Shown piece by piece: positions 1 through 17,393 of a stretch of DNA of 64,000 nt (positions are counted from its first letter, which is position 1; each line of letters opens with the position of its first letter). The DNA comes from Pseudomonadota bacterium. Its GTDB lineage: Bacteria; Pseudomonadota; Alphaproteobacteria; Rhodobacterales; Rhodobacteraceae. The notes beneath the pieces are model-generated. The model did not search any database. It saw only the letters and a program-made list of their open reading frames with translations, and had not been told where the DNA came from. The stretch is from NCBI GenBank assembly GCA_039191215.1, contig JBCCXT010000015.1, positions 43 to 64,042 on the forward strand, written 5' to 3'. A program made the translations under genes and the position numbers.

Positions 1-94
1 TCGGAGGTCAGCGCCTCCCAGGCTGCCGTGGCGGTGCGGTCGAAATAAGCCTCGACCCGGTCGCGCGTTGCGTCATATGTGCGCGTGTCGGCCA

Positions 95-95
<1 letters not shown>
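1..95 (-). CDS. bchM: Mg-protoporphyrin IX O-methyltransferase, 5' fragment (runs off the window)
   Basis: Manual translation from ATG at 95, overlapping the bchL stop (TGATG): MADTRTYDATRDRVEAYFDRTATAAWEALTS, the BchM N-terminal YFDRTA..W..LTS motif; expected position after bchL. Confidence 0.9.
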
Positions 96-7823
<7,728 letters not shown>

Positions 7824-7878
7824 AGGTCTCCGACTCCCAATCGCTCTAGTGAAATAGCTAGCGGCCTGAAGACGAAAG

Positions 7879-7896
7879 TGTCAATCCAAACTTACA
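7879..7896. promoter_or_regulatory. PpsR/CrtJ operator (TGT-N12-ACA) upstream of bchF
   Basis: TGTCAATCCAAACTTACA, exact consensus spacing. Confidence 0.85.
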
Positions 7897-7971
7897 CCTT
7901 TTTGGAAGCCTGGTTTGACATTTACGGGCCCGTTTAGGCCCTTCTTTGCAACGATGCCTGCTTTTACACGC

Positions 7972-7989
7972 TGTCAATTATATTTGACA
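7972..7989. promoter_or_regulatory. PpsR/CrtJ operator in the bchF-aerR divergent region
   Basis: TGTCAATTATATTTGACA, near-perfect palindrome matching TGT-N12-ACA. Confidence 0.87.
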
Positions 7990-8103
7990 GATTGGGCTGT
8001 AAGGGCGACAGTGTTAACCGAAATATCCGGCCTACCGATAGCTTTGGGCCGCGCATCTCGGTGCGTCCCATGATTTTGCCGGTCCAACCAGCAAGTACGT
8101 ATC

Positions 8104-8895
8104 ATGATCCAGCTTGACGGAAACGACCCAAGAGTTGATGACCCTGTCACCGCGCCAGAGGTCGAAATCCTCGCCGCACGCGCCCTGGCCATTCTGGCCA
8201 CACGTGGCGCCCAGCAAAGTCCACGACTGGTCGAACGGCTTCGATTTCTGGCCGATGCGTTCATGGCCATGGATACCGATGCCAGCGTTGAGGCGTTGGA
8301 ACGGGTGTTGGCGGACGGGGTCTCGATAGATGATGTGATCGACCACGTCATTCCGGAAGTTGCGCGGCTTGCGGGCAAACTATGGGCCGAGGATGACGTG
8401 AGCTTTGTTGATGTCTCCATCGCATCCGCGCGGTTGCAGGAAAGCGTGCGCCGCCTGCGTCGGCGTGAGCGTGGCAAGATGGATGTCGGCGGCGCAGAGG
8501 CTAATGTTTTGCTGATCGTGCCGCCCAGCGAAGAGCACACGCTTGGCATCTTCGTTGCTGCAGACCAGCTGCGGCGCATGGGCACGTCGGTCGAAATATC
8601 GATCGCAGAACGGCCGCGCGATATAGCCGGGCGGCTGAAGGCGAAAACCTACAAGCTTGTCGGGATCACCGCGTCGGGTCCCAGGACGCTTGCCTATGTG
8701 AAGGAACTTATAAAAACGGTCCGCCGGCACACCAAGGCATTCGTGCCGATTGCGCTTGGCGGCCCCATAATACTGAATGACGGGCTTGGACTGGACCAGC
8801 TCGGCGTCGAATTTGTGAGTGAAGATATACGCTTAACCGCACAGCGCTGCGGTCTGGCATTGCGGGAGACAAACGCAACTGATGAAGTGGTTTAA
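8104..8895 (+). CDS. aerR: Cobalamin-binding photoreceptor/antirepressor AerR (PpaA)
   Basis: B12-binding signature W..D..SF..V and EEHTLG (ExHxxG); sits between bchF and ppsR. Confidence 0.9.
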   Translation: MIQLDGNDPRVDDPVTAPEVEILAARALAILATRGAQQSPRLVERLRFLADAFMAMDTDASVEALERVLADGVSIDDVIDHVIPEVARLAGKLWAEDDVSFVDVSIASARLQESVRRLRRRERGKMDVGGAEANVLLIVPPSEEHTLGIFVAADQLRRMGTSVEISIAERPRDIAGRLKAKTYKLVGITASGPRTLAYVKELIKTVRRHTKAFVPIALGGPIILNDGLGLDQLGVEFVSEDIRLTAQRCGLALRETNATDEVV

Positions 8896-8904
8896 GAGCA
8901 GCTG

Positions 8905-10350
8905 ATGAATACCCGTGGAACCGACTTTTGGGATGATGTGACGGCGCCATCGATCGCGCCGGAGCACATTAATGACATCGTCACCACCGCTGCGGATTTG
9001 GCCATCGTGCTGGAAACCAACGGCAAGGTCAGATCGGTCATCGTGAACCCGCTGAACCCCGCCCTTGGTCGGCTCGACCACTGGAAAGACCGCGACATTC
9101 GGGAGTTTACCGCCGAAGACAGTATGTCGAAGATCGAAAGCCAGCTTGCCGCCTATCGCAATGGTGAGCCGCCTGTCGCCGAAGCGATTGAGCTTAACCA
9201 TTTCGACAACGCGAATTGGGAATTTCCAATCCGCTACACGCTGCATCGGATCGGCAGTGATGATGTGGTGCTGATGCTGGGGCGTGATCTGCGCCCCATT
9301 GCGGAACTTCAGCACCGGCTGGTCAAGGCGCAGCTGGCGCTGGAAAAGGACTACGAAAGCCACCGCGATTTCGAGACGCGCTACCGCGTTGTGATGGAAA
9401 GCTGCCGCGAGCCGATTGCGCTGGTGCAGGTCGGATCGGGCCGGATTGTCGATCTCAACGATGCGGCCGCGCGCGTCCTTGGCGCCGATTCTGAATCCAT
9501 GGTGGGCGGCGCCTTCACGCAGGAATTTGATGGCCGGCGCCGAGGTGAGTTCATCGAAAGCTTGGTTGCGATGGCCGGCAATCAAACCGGTGGTGCCGTG
9601 CGCGGCGAGACCAAGCGCTCAGCCCAGCATGTCGCGATTTACCCGACGCTTTTCCGCGCTGCTGGCGAACGGATGTTGCTGTGCCGCATTGAGCCGGAAG
9701 GCTCCTCTGAGGGGTTGGCGGCCGAGCTTTCGGCGACCTTAGCGCAGCTTTATCAGGATGGCCCGGATGCGATTGTTTTCACTGACATTCACGGCATCAT
9801 CCGCTCAGCAAACGACGCCTTTTTGGGGTTCTGCGATGTCGGGCAGCTAAGCGAGGTCAAAGACCGAAATCTGAGCGATTTTCTGAGCCGCGGCAGCGTC
9901 GATATGAAAGTGCTGATGGATAATGCCGCGCGGGCCGGACGCATACGCGTGTATTCCACCCGCATGGAAGGTGCCTATGGCGGGCAATTGTCGGTTGAGA
10001 TCTCGGCGACACGGCTTGGCGGTGCAACGCATGCGGGTTTTGCGTTTATCATCCGCGATACCAGCCGGGTTGAGGTGGTCCGCGAGCCCGCCAATCAAAA
10101 CGCGGGCATCACCGGCGGCATGCCGATTTCTGACCAGGCGATGCGAAATCTGATGGATCTCGTCGGCTCTTCGCCTCTGAAGGACATCGTCGCCGCAACA
10201 ACGGATGTGATCGAAAAGATGTGCATCGAGACGGCGGTGGAGCTGACCGACAACAACCGCGTGGCTGCAGCCGAGATGCTCGGCCTGTCGCGGCAATCGC
10301 TGTATGTGAAGCTGCGCAAATACGGGCTTCTCAGCAAGCACGGCGACTAG
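8905..10350 (+). CDS. ppsR: Photosynthesis gene repressor PpsR/CrtJ (PAS domains + Fis-type HTH)
   Basis: GRDLRPIAELQHRLV Q-linker; C-terminal IEKMCIETAVELT..NRVAAAEMLGLSRQSLYVKLRKYGL with the conserved Cys. Confidence 0.96.
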   Translation: MNTRGTDFWDDVTAPSIAPEHINDIVTTAADLAIVLETNGKVRSVIVNPLNPALGRLDHWKDRDIREFTAEDSMSKIESQLAAYRNGEPPVAEAIELNHFDNANWEFPIRYTLHRIGSDDVVLMLGRDLRPIAELQHRLVKAQLALEKDYESHRDFETRYRVVMESCREPIALVQVGSGRIVDLNDAAARVLGADSESMVGGAFTQEFDGRRRGEFIESLVAMAGNQTGGAVRGETKRSAQHVAIYPTLFRAAGERMLLCRIEPEGSSEGLAAELSATLAQLYQDGPDAIVFTDIHGIIRSANDAFLGFCDVGQLSEVKDRNLSDFLSRGSVDMKVLMDNAARAGRIRVYSTRMEGAYGGQLSVEISATRLGGATHAGFAFIIRDTSRVEVVREPANQNAGITGGMPISDQAMRNLMDLVGSSPLKDIVAATTDVIEKMCIETAVELTDNNRVAAAEMLGLSRQSLYVKLRKYGLLSKHGD

Positions 10351-10402
10351 CGTAAGGTTTAGTTTACACTTGCCTGGCGGAAGCTGTCACTTTAGGTTGA
10401 CA
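10351..10402. promoter_or_regulatory. Pair of PpsR operators upstream of bchG
   Basis: CGTAAGGTTTAGTTTACA (10351-10368, 1 mismatch) and TGTCACTTTAGGTTGACA (10385-10402, exact). Confidence 0.8.
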
Positions 10403-10404
10403 GC

Positions 10405-11310
10405 ATGACTGGAACGACCAATCCCGTCGCAGGAACACGCCCAAGGCCGCTGCCTGAGCCCGCGGCCGTATTGACGCTGGTCAAACCTATCACCTGGTTC
10501 CCACCAATATGGGCGTATCTGTGCGGCATCGTCTCTGCCGGGGTGAACCCGTTGGAACGTCCAGGCTTCGTAGCGCTTGGCTTAATCTTGGCCGGTCCGG
10601 TTGTCTGCGGCATGAGCCAGGCAGCCAATGATTGGTGCGACCGGCATGTCGATGCGATCAACGAACCGCGGCGCCCGATACCTTCGGGTCGCGTACCCGG
10701 CCGATGGGGCCTTTGGATAGCGCTGGTTATGAGCGGCCTGGGCCTGGCCATCGGCGCGCTGCTTGGGCCTTGGGGCTTTGCCGCAACCGCGCTGGCAATC
10801 GCCGCGGCCTGGGCCTATTCAGCGGAGCCGGTTCGGCTCAAACGCTCCGGCCTATGGGGCCCGGGCCTTGTCGGGTTAAGCTATGAGACACTGCCCTGGA
10901 TCACTGGCGCAGCAGTTCTGTCTGCCGGGGCGCCGGATCTCGGCGTGATCGTGGTCGCCCTGCTTTACGGGCTGGGCGCGCATGGCATTATGACGCTGAA
11001 TGATTTCAAAGCGCTGGAGGGCGACCGGCAGACTGGCGTGAATTCCCTGCCGGTGACATTGGGTCCGGACCGGGCAGCGCGCCTTGCCTGCCTTGTAATG
11101 CTCCTGCCGCAGGTCGCCGTGATCGCACTTCTATTCGTTTGGGGCCGCCCGGTTCATGCATGCATCGTGTTGGCCCTTCTGCTGGCGCAGCTCGCCGCGA
11201 TGCGCGTTTTGCTGAACGACCCCAAGGGCCGGGCGCCCTGGTATAACGGCACCGGTGTCATGGCCTATGTGGCGGGCATGATGGTCAGCGCCGTGGCATT
11301 GGGAGGCTAA
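10405..11310 (+). CDS. bchG: Bacteriochlorophyll synthase (UbiA family)
   Basis: KPITWFPPIWA, NDWCDRHVDAINEPRRPIPSG, NDFKALEGD. Confidence 0.96.
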   Translation: MTGTTNPVAGTRPRPLPEPAAVLTLVKPITWFPPIWAYLCGIVSAGVNPLERPGFVALGLILAGPVVCGMSQAANDWCDRHVDAINEPRRPIPSGRVPGRWGLWIALVMSGLGLAIGALLGPWGFAATALAIAAAWAYSAEPVRLKRSGLWGPGLVGLSYETLPWITGAAVLSAGAPDLGVIVVALLYGLGAHGIMTLNDFKALEGDRQTGVNSLPVTLGPDRAARLACLVMLLPQVAVIALLFVWGRPVHACIVLALLLAQLAAMRVLLNDPKGRAPWYNGTGVMAYVAGMMVSAVALGG

Positions 11311-11313
11311 GAC

Positions 11314-12594
11314 ATGGTGTGGCTTCGGATCATTCGCTTGGGCCTGGTGCAGATGAGCCTTGGTGCGCTGGTGGTGCTCACCACCGCAACACTAAACCGG
11401 GTGATGGTTGTTGAGCTGGCCCTGCCCGCGCTTCTGCCCGGGCTATTGGTTTCGTTGTATTACGGGCTGCAATTCCTGCGCCCGCGTTTCGGACACGGCG
11501 CAGATCAAGGCGGGCGGCGTGTGCCATGGATCCTTGGCGGTGTCGCCGTTTTGGCCGCAGGCGGGCTGATCGCGGCCCATTCCGTTGGGGTTATGGCCCA
11601 AAGCGTGCCTTTGGGCATCGCCGTGGCAATCCCCGCCTTTGTGCTGATCGGACTCGGAATCGGTGCGGCCGGCACCAATGTTCTGGCGCTCTTGTCAGCC
11701 ATCGTGCCGGAGGGTCGCCAAGCTGAGGCGGGATCAACCGTTTGGATCATGATGATCGCGGGCCTTGCCACCACGGGTATTACCGCAGGCATTCTGCTTG
11801 ATCCGTTTAGCCAGGAGCGCCTGATGGCCGTGGCGAGTGGTGTGGCGGCAATCGCGCTGGTGCTGAGCGTGATCGGCGCGTACGGCCAAGACCGGGGCGT
11901 CCCGCGACGGGCGCCCGAGCGTAAGATCGCAACCAAGCAAATCTTGGCTGAGCTTTGGGGCGTCCCGCATATCCGAACTTTCACGATCTTCGTCTTCGCC
12001 TCGATGCTGGCCTACAACCTGCAAGACCTGATCTTGGAACCCTTTGGCGGCCATGTCTTCGGCATGAGCGTGGGCGAAAGCACCGCTTTGGGTGGCCAAT
12101 TACATGCCGGTGCACTGTCGGGCATGATCTTGGTCTTGATTGCAACGCCCCTGCTGCGGGTGCCCGTCCGCGTTTGGATCGTTGGCGGTTGCGTGCTCAG
12201 CGGCGCGGCGCTTTTGGCGATGGGGTTCGGCGCCCAAACACCGCATAGCTGGCCCATCGGCGGCAATGTCTTCGTGTTGGGATTGGCCAATGGCGCCTTT
12301 GCGGTTGCGGCCGTGGGCGCGATGATGGGCCTGGCAAGGGAAGGCTCAGAGGCGCGCGAAGGTGCCCGGATGGGCCTCTTTGGCGCCGCGCAAGCCATCG
12401 CCTTTGGCGCCGGATCCTTTCTTGGAACGGCGGCTGTCGATGTGATGCGCGCGCTGACACCCTCTTTGCCAACCGCCTACGGCACCGTCTTCATCGCCGA
12501 GGGAACGGTCTTTTTGTTGGCCGCGTTTTTGGCGCTTAAAATCGGCTCTAACACGCGGAAAAGCCACGATTCTGCGCTTGTACCAGGGGAGTGA
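11314..12594 (+). CDS. PucC/LhaA-like BCD-family MFS transporter
   Basis: RLGLVQMSLGA..TLNRVMVVEL, QDLILEPFGG, GLFGAAQAIAFG; highly hydrophobic; conserved position between bchG and bchP. Confidence 0.88.
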   Translation: MVWLRIIRLGLVQMSLGALVVLTTATLNRVMVVELALPALLPGLLVSLYYGLQFLRPRFGHGADQGGRRVPWILGGVAVLAAGGLIAAHSVGVMAQSVPLGIAVAIPAFVLIGLGIGAAGTNVLALLSAIVPEGRQAEAGSTVWIMMIAGLATTGITAGILLDPFSQERLMAVASGVAAIALVLSVIGAYGQDRGVPRRAPERKIATKQILAELWGVPHIRTFTIFVFASMLAYNLQDLILEPFGGHVFGMSVGESTALGGQLHAGALSGMILVLIATPLLRVPVRVWIVGGCVLSGAALLAMGFGAQTPHSWPIGGNVFVLGLANGAFAVAAVGAMMGLAREGSEAREGARMGLFGAAQAIAFGAGSFLGTAAVDVMRALTPSLPTAYGTVFIAEGTVFLLAAFLALKIGSNTRKSHDSALVPGE

Positions 12595-13781
12595 CACGGA
12601 TGGTCTATGATGTCGTTGTTGTCGGTGGCGGCCCTGCTGGGGCTACAGCCGCGCTGGACCTTGCGCGGTCCGGCCTATGCGTCGCAATGCTTGACCGTGC
12701 CGGGCGGATCAAACCCTGCGGTGGTGCCATTCCGCCGCGGCTGATCGCAGATTTCGACATTCCCGAAGACCAGCTCGTCGCACGCATCCAGACCGCGCGG
12801 ATGATTTCGCCAACCGGGCGCCGCGTCGACATCCCGATCGAAAACGGTTTTGTCGGCATGGTCGACCGCGAACACTTCGATGAATACCTGCGCGGCCGTG
12901 CCGCAGAAGCTGGGGCCGACCGCGTCACCGGGACATTCGTGCGCATCAATCGCGACGGCAACACACCGCAGGTCATCTACCGCGCCAAGGGCGAAACCGA
13001 CACACGCAGCCTTTCAGCAAAGCTGATCATCGGCGCTGACGGTGCGCGGTCGAATGTCGCCCGCCAAGAGGTCCCGGATGGTGACAAAATCCCATATGTC
13101 ATTGCCTATCACGAGATCATCGAGGCGCCCGGACCGCGCGGTGACTACCATCCCGACCGCTGCGACGTTGTCTATGACGGGCGCATCAGCCCCGATTTTT
13201 ACGGCTGGGTCTTTCCGCACGGATCGCAAGCCAGTGTCGGCATGGGTTCGATGGAAAAGGCCGTGGACCTCAAACAGGCCACAGCCGATCTGCGCGAAGC
13301 TTCCGGTCTGGCCGATTGTCAGACGATCCGCCGCGAAGGGGCGCCGATCCCGCTCAAGCCGCTTGATCAATGGGACAATGGCCATGATGTGGTTCTGGCC
13401 GGGGATGCGGCGGGGGTCGTTGCCCCATCCTCCGGCGAGGGCATCTATTATGCCATGGTCGGTGGGCGCGTCGCCGCAACAGCCGCCGCGGCCTGCCTGG
13501 CCTCAGGTCGCGTCAAGGACCTTGGCCTGGCACGCAAGCTGTTCATGCGCGAGCACAAGACCGTATTCCGCGTTCTGGGCGCGATGCAGGACGCCTATTA
13601 CAAATCCGATGATCGGCGCGAACGCTTTGTCAGCCTGTGCCACGATATCGATGTTCAGCGCCTGACTTTTGAGGCTTACATGAACAAAAAGCTTGTGCGT
13701 GCCCGCCCGCTGGCCCATCTCAAGATCGGTTTGAAGAATATCGCCCATCTGACGGGCGTGATACCGGCGACGCGCGCATGA
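12591..13781 (+). CDS. bchP: Geranylgeranyl reductase
   Basis: GGGPAG FAD motif, KPCGGAIPP, SPDFYGWVFP, SSGEGIYYA; alternative start ATG 12600. Confidence 0.96.
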   Translation: MTRMVYDVVVVGGGPAGATAALDLARSGLCVAMLDRAGRIKPCGGAIPPRLIADFDIPEDQLVARIQTARMISPTGRRVDIPIENGFVGMVDREHFDEYLRGRAAEAGADRVTGTFVRINRDGNTPQVIYRAKGETDTRSLSAKLIIGADGARSNVARQEVPDGDKIPYVIAYHEIIEAPGPRGDYHPDRCDVVYDGRISPDFYGWVFPHGSQASVGMGSMEKAVDLKQATADLREASGLADCQTIRREGAPIPLKPLDQWDNGHDVVLAGDAAGVVAPSSGEGIYYAMVGGRVAATAAAACLASGRVKDLGLARKLFMREHKTVFRVLGAMQDAYYKSDDRRERFVSLCHDIDVQRLTFEAYMNKKLVRARPLAHLKIGLKNIAHLTGVIPATRA

Positions 13782-14302
13782 CGATCATGATCCCTGCCTG
13801 GGTCGATGGGGAATTGGTCCCGGTCGAAAAACTCGAAGCCCATGTCAGGGGTTTGCGGCATCGCGCGATCTCGGTGTTTTTGATGCGCGGTGACCAGGTT
13901 TTGCTGCAGCGCAGGGCGCTCAGCAAATATCACACGCCAGGTCTTTGGGCCAATGCCTGCTGCACGCATCCGCATTGGGGCGAAGAAACCGGCCCCTGCG
14001 CCGTGCGGCGGCTGGAAGAGGAGCTGGGACTGGCCGGTGTGGCGCTGAACTATCGCGACACCGTCGAATACCGCGCCGATGTCGGTGGTGGGCTGATCGA
14101 GCATGAGGTTGTCGACATCTTTGTCGGCCAGCTCGCACCAGGCACGGAGCCGCAGCCAAACCCGGATGAGGTGATGGACACAATCTGGCGCCCGCTTGAC
14201 ACACTGGCCGAAGAGGTCGCAGCCGCGCCAACTGGTTTCACGCCGTGGTTGGCCATCTATTTGCGCGACCATGCCACGACCATTTTTCGCGAGTTAGCTT
14301 AA
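13778..14302 (+). CDS. idi: Isopentenyl-diphosphate delta-isomerase (type 1, Nudix fold)
   Basis: HRAISVF, LLQRRA..KYH.PGLWANACCTHP, RRLEEELG, IEHEV. Confidence 0.95.
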   Translation: MTIMIPAWVDGELVPVEKLEAHVRGLRHRAISVFLMRGDQVLLQRRALSKYHTPGLWANACCTHPHWGEETGPCAVRRLEEELGLAGVALNYRDTVEYRADVGGGLIEHEVVDIFVGQLAPGTEPQPNPDEVMDTIWRPLDTLAEEVAAAPTGFTPWLAIYLRDHATTIFRELA

Positions 14303-14402
14303 GCTTTGCGACCGGCGCTGATTTGGGCGCAGGTTTTCGACGCGATCTTCATACTGCACGGCAGTTTTCGCGGCATGCGCGTTGCCAGGTCTCGGCTGCG
14401 TC

Positions 14403-16322
14403 CTAGGCGCGCGCTTCGCCAAAATTGGCGGTCTCGATCCCCATTGCCCCAAGGGCGGTGCGCGCGATGTCATCCGCCGTCAGGCCGGCATCGGCGTACA
14501 TATCCGCAGGGCTGGCCTGGTCGATGAAGCGGTCGGGCAGGGTCATGGTGCGCACAGCAAGACCGCAATCGAGCAATCCGGCGCTTGCCAGGTGATGCAA
14601 AACCATGCCGCCGAACCCCAAAACCGCGCCTTGTTCGACGGTCAGCAACACATCGTGATCGGCCGCCAAGCCGTTGATCAGCTCAGTATCGAGCGGTTTG
14701 GCGAAACGGGCATCTGCAACGGTCACGCTGATGCCGCGCGCCGTGAGATCTTCGGCCGCACACAGTGCCTCCGCAAGATGCGCGCCAAAAGACAGGATGG
14801 CCACCTGGTTGCCCTCACGCAGGACGCGGCCCTTGCCAATTTCCAGTACGTCACCGGTTTCAGGCAGATCGATGCCGACACCCTCCCCGCGCGGGTAGCG
14901 CACCGCAATCGGGCCGCTGTCATGGGCGGCCATCGTCGCCATCATATGCACAAGCTCTGCCTCATCGGCGCAGGCCATCACACTCATGTTCGGCAGGGCG
15001 GACAGATAGCCAATGTCAAACGCGCCTGCATGGGTCGGCCCGTCAGCGCCGACAAGCCCGGCCCGGTCGAGGCAGAACCGCACGGGCAAATTTTGCAGTG
15101 CCACATCATGTACGATTTGATCATAGCCGCGCTGCAGGAAACTCGAATAGATCGCGCAGAACGGCTTTAGGCCGCCCGCCGCCATGCCTGCGGCAAAGGT
15201 TACGGCATGCTGTTCGGCGATGCCGACGTCAAAAACGCGTTTCGGATGGGCTTTGGCCAGGGCGGTCAATCCGGTGCCGCCAGGCATCGCGGCGGTAACG
15301 CCGACAATCTTTGGATCTGTGTCTGCAAGGCGGGATAGAGCCTTTCCAAAAACGCCAGTATAGCTTGGTGCATTGGGTTTTGACTTTTTCTGCTGGCCGG
15401 TGGCGACGTCGAATTTGGCAACGCCATGATAACAATCATCCGCCCCCTCGGCCGGCGCGTACCCTTTGCCTTTGACCGTGACGGCATGGATCAGAATGGG
15501 CTTGGTGGCCCGCGTCTTCGCCGCGCGCAACACGGTCAGAAGCTGGCCCATATCGTGCCCATCGATCGGGCCGACATAGTCAAACCCCAGATGGTCAAAC
15601 AGCGTGCCCTGACCCACGGCGCCGGTGACAAGCTGGCGCGCACGCTCGGCCCCGGCGCGCAGCGGCTCCGGCAGATGTGCGGCCATGTCATCGGCCATGT
15701 TCTTGAACGCCATGAACGGTGCATTGGCGTAAAGGCCCGACAGATAGCTGGACATGGCGCCGACGGGCGGGGCGATCGACATCTCATTGTCGTTGAGGAT
15801 CACAAAAAGCCGTCGGCCCTCCGCACCGGCATTGTTCAGCGCCTCATAGGCCATGCCCGCGCTGATCGAGCCATCGCCGATCACAGCGATTGCGTCCCCG
15901 GTTGCCTCACCCAGGTCACGCGCCATGGTGAAGCCAAGCGCGGCCGAGATGCTTGTTGAGGAATGTGCCGCGCCAAACGGGTCGTAGATGCTCTCGGCGC
16001 GCTTGGTAAATCCGCTCAGCCCACCCTTTTGCCGAAGCGTCCGGATCCGGTCACGTCGGCCGGTCACAATCTTGTGGGGATAACATTGGTGGCCGACATC
16101 CCAAATGAGCTTGTCGTAGGGCGTGTTAAAGGTGGCATGTATCGCCACGGTCAGCTCTACCACTCCAAGCGATGAGCCCAAATGCCCGCCGGTCTCGGAC
16201 ACCGCGGAGATCGTCTCGGCGCGCAATTCATGGGCGAGCTTGGCAAGATCGCGATCCGATAGACGTCGCAGATCGGCAGGGCTATCGACCTGATCGAGGA
16301 TCGGGGTGCTGGGTTTGGTCAA
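14403..16322 (-). CDS. dxs: 1-deoxy-D-xylulose-5-phosphate synthase (PGC-associated copy)
   Basis: [28 protein letters not shown] ThDP motif, [20 protein letters not shown]. Start taken as TTG 16322 after GGGAGGG. Confidence 0.95.
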   Translation of the reverse strand: MTKPSTPILDQVDSPADLRRLSDRDLAKLAHELRAETISAVSETGGHLGSSLGVVELTVAIHATFNTPYDKLIWDVGHQCYPHKIVTGRRDRIRTLRQKGGLSGFTKRAESIYDPFGAAHSSTSISAALGFTMARDLGEATGDAIAVIGDGSISAGMAYEALNNAGAEGRRLFVILNDNEMSIAPPVGAMSSYLSGLYANAPFMAFKNMADDMAAHLPEPLRAGAERARQLVTGAVGQGTLFDHLGFDYVGPIDGHDMGQLLTVLRAAKTRATKPILIHAVTVKGKGYAPAEGADDCYHGVAKFDVATGQQKKSKPNAPSYTGVFGKALSRLADTDPKIVGVTAAMPGGTGLTALAKAHPKRVFDVGIAEQHAVTFAAGMAAGGLKPFCAIYSSFLQRGYDQIVHDVALQNLPVRFCLDRAGLVGADGPTHAGAFDIGYLSALPNMSVMACADEAELVHMMATMAAHDSGPIAVRYPRGEGVGIDLPETGDVLEIGKGRVLREGNQVAILSFGAHLAEALCAAEDLTARGISVTVADARFAKPLDTELINGLAADHDVLLTVEQGAVLGFGGMVLHHLASAGLLDCGLAVRTMTLPDRFIDQASPADMYADAGLTADDIARTALGAMGIETANFGEARA

Positions 16323-16802
16323 TTTTCCCTCCCTTATTAAGCACTTGCCGAAATTCGGCACCAGGGCCCACAGAATGTGACAGCGGTGCTGACGATCTGC
16401 GTCGAACCTGGCCCGCTCATCGCCAATGCGCCGACGAACCGGCCGGCGTCACTCATAAGCGTTGCAATCGTGGTCGCCGCCGATCTTGGCCAGCTATGGT
16501 TTGTTGACGACCGCGTTCATCCCTTGCCATCGCTGTTGATAGCCTTGGTGACAAGTTCGGCCGTCGACCAAGGGCACTTCGTGGAAAGCCAGGCCGCAAT
16601 TTTGGGCAAAATGGCCTTTTCCAGCAAAGGCACGCAGCGGTCAGTGATGTCCTGGACCATGCGAATGCCAGGCCTGGCCGCCACCCAACTTGCAGTGACC
16701 CGCGCATGGTCGCAAAACGCCCGGCCTTTGTGACAAATACGCAATTCACACCCAAGGAATTGGCGAGGTATCTCATGAAGCGTTGTCTGTGTCGTTGCCA
16801 TC

Positions 16803-16829
16803 GCCGCGGGCGGGCGCGCCGCCCGCAGC
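16803..16829 (-). terminator. GC-rich stem-loop just downstream of pufA (position of the pufA-pufL intercistronic hairpin)
   Basis: GCGGGCGG (16806-16813) / CCGCCCGC (16819-16826), 5-nt loop, extendable to 11 bp with one G-U pair on the minus strand; no U-tract. Confidence 0.7.
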
Positions 16830-16844
16830 AGTTTTAGGGTTTGA

Positions 16845-17009
16845 TCAGAAGCCAGAAGTTGAGGCTGCTTGCTCGAACCAGTTCAGACCCGACGACAGGA
16901 CCACCAGGTGGATCATTGCCGCGAGGAGGAACAGGAACACGCCCTGGGCCACGAAAACGCGGCGCGGGTCGAAGATGAGCCAGATTTTGTAGAATTTAGA
17001 CAAAAACAT
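16845..17009 (-). CDS. pufA: LH1 antenna alpha polypeptide (54 aa, below the ORF-track cutoff)
   Basis: Manual translation [54 protein letters not shown]; BChl-ligand His; SD GAGGT. Confidence 0.97.
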   Translation of the reverse strand: MFLSKFYKIWLIFDPRRVFVAQGVFLFLLAAMIHLVVLSSGLNWFEQAASTSGF

Positions 17010-17017
17010 GGCTCACC

Positions 17018-17176
17018 TCATGCTCCGCCGCCGAACCAAGGCGCCCAGATGTACGTGGCGACATGAGCTACAAGGCATGCACCGGCAAAGAGCCAGAGCC
17101 CGCTCAAATACACCGCGTGCAGCTCTTGCGCCTGCTCGTCGGTCAGACCCGTGAAAGACAGGTCACTTTCAGCCAT
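17018..17176 (-). CDS. pufB: LH1 antenna beta polypeptide (52 aa, below the ORF-track cutoff)
   Basis: Manual translation [52 protein letters not shown]; SD GGAGG. Confidence 0.97.
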   Translation of the reverse strand: MAESDLSFTGLTDEQAQELHAVYLSGLWLFAGACLVAHVATYIWAPWFGGGA

Positions 17177-17393
17177 AAACTTTCCTCCGGAACGTTAGAC
17201 TGATGCCGCGCACCCCGCGGCCGGGCCCCGACAAAGCCTCATTGCCCTGCCGGCAATCCGCCCGCCCAGGGCGAGCCCCAAGCGGATGGAAATCAGTCTC
17301 GGTTCCGGTCTGACCGAGGTTTATTTTGGCCATCCACGCGCGAGGTCTGACTTAGGCGCGCAGCGGCAATCTCGGGCCTGTTGCCTTGCGGCG

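Noticed and set aside
16729-16750. TGTGA...TCACA as a CRP/FNR or PpsR site
   Set aside because: Spacer is 12 nt (CRP needs 6) and TGT-ACA spacing is 16 (PpsR needs 12); kept only as an unexplained inverted repeat.
16517-16801. 94-aa ORF after pufA considered as PufX or a PufL/PufC remnant
   Set aside because: No single clear TM helix as in PufX, no PufL N-terminal motif, and CELRICH is not CxxCH; no SD.
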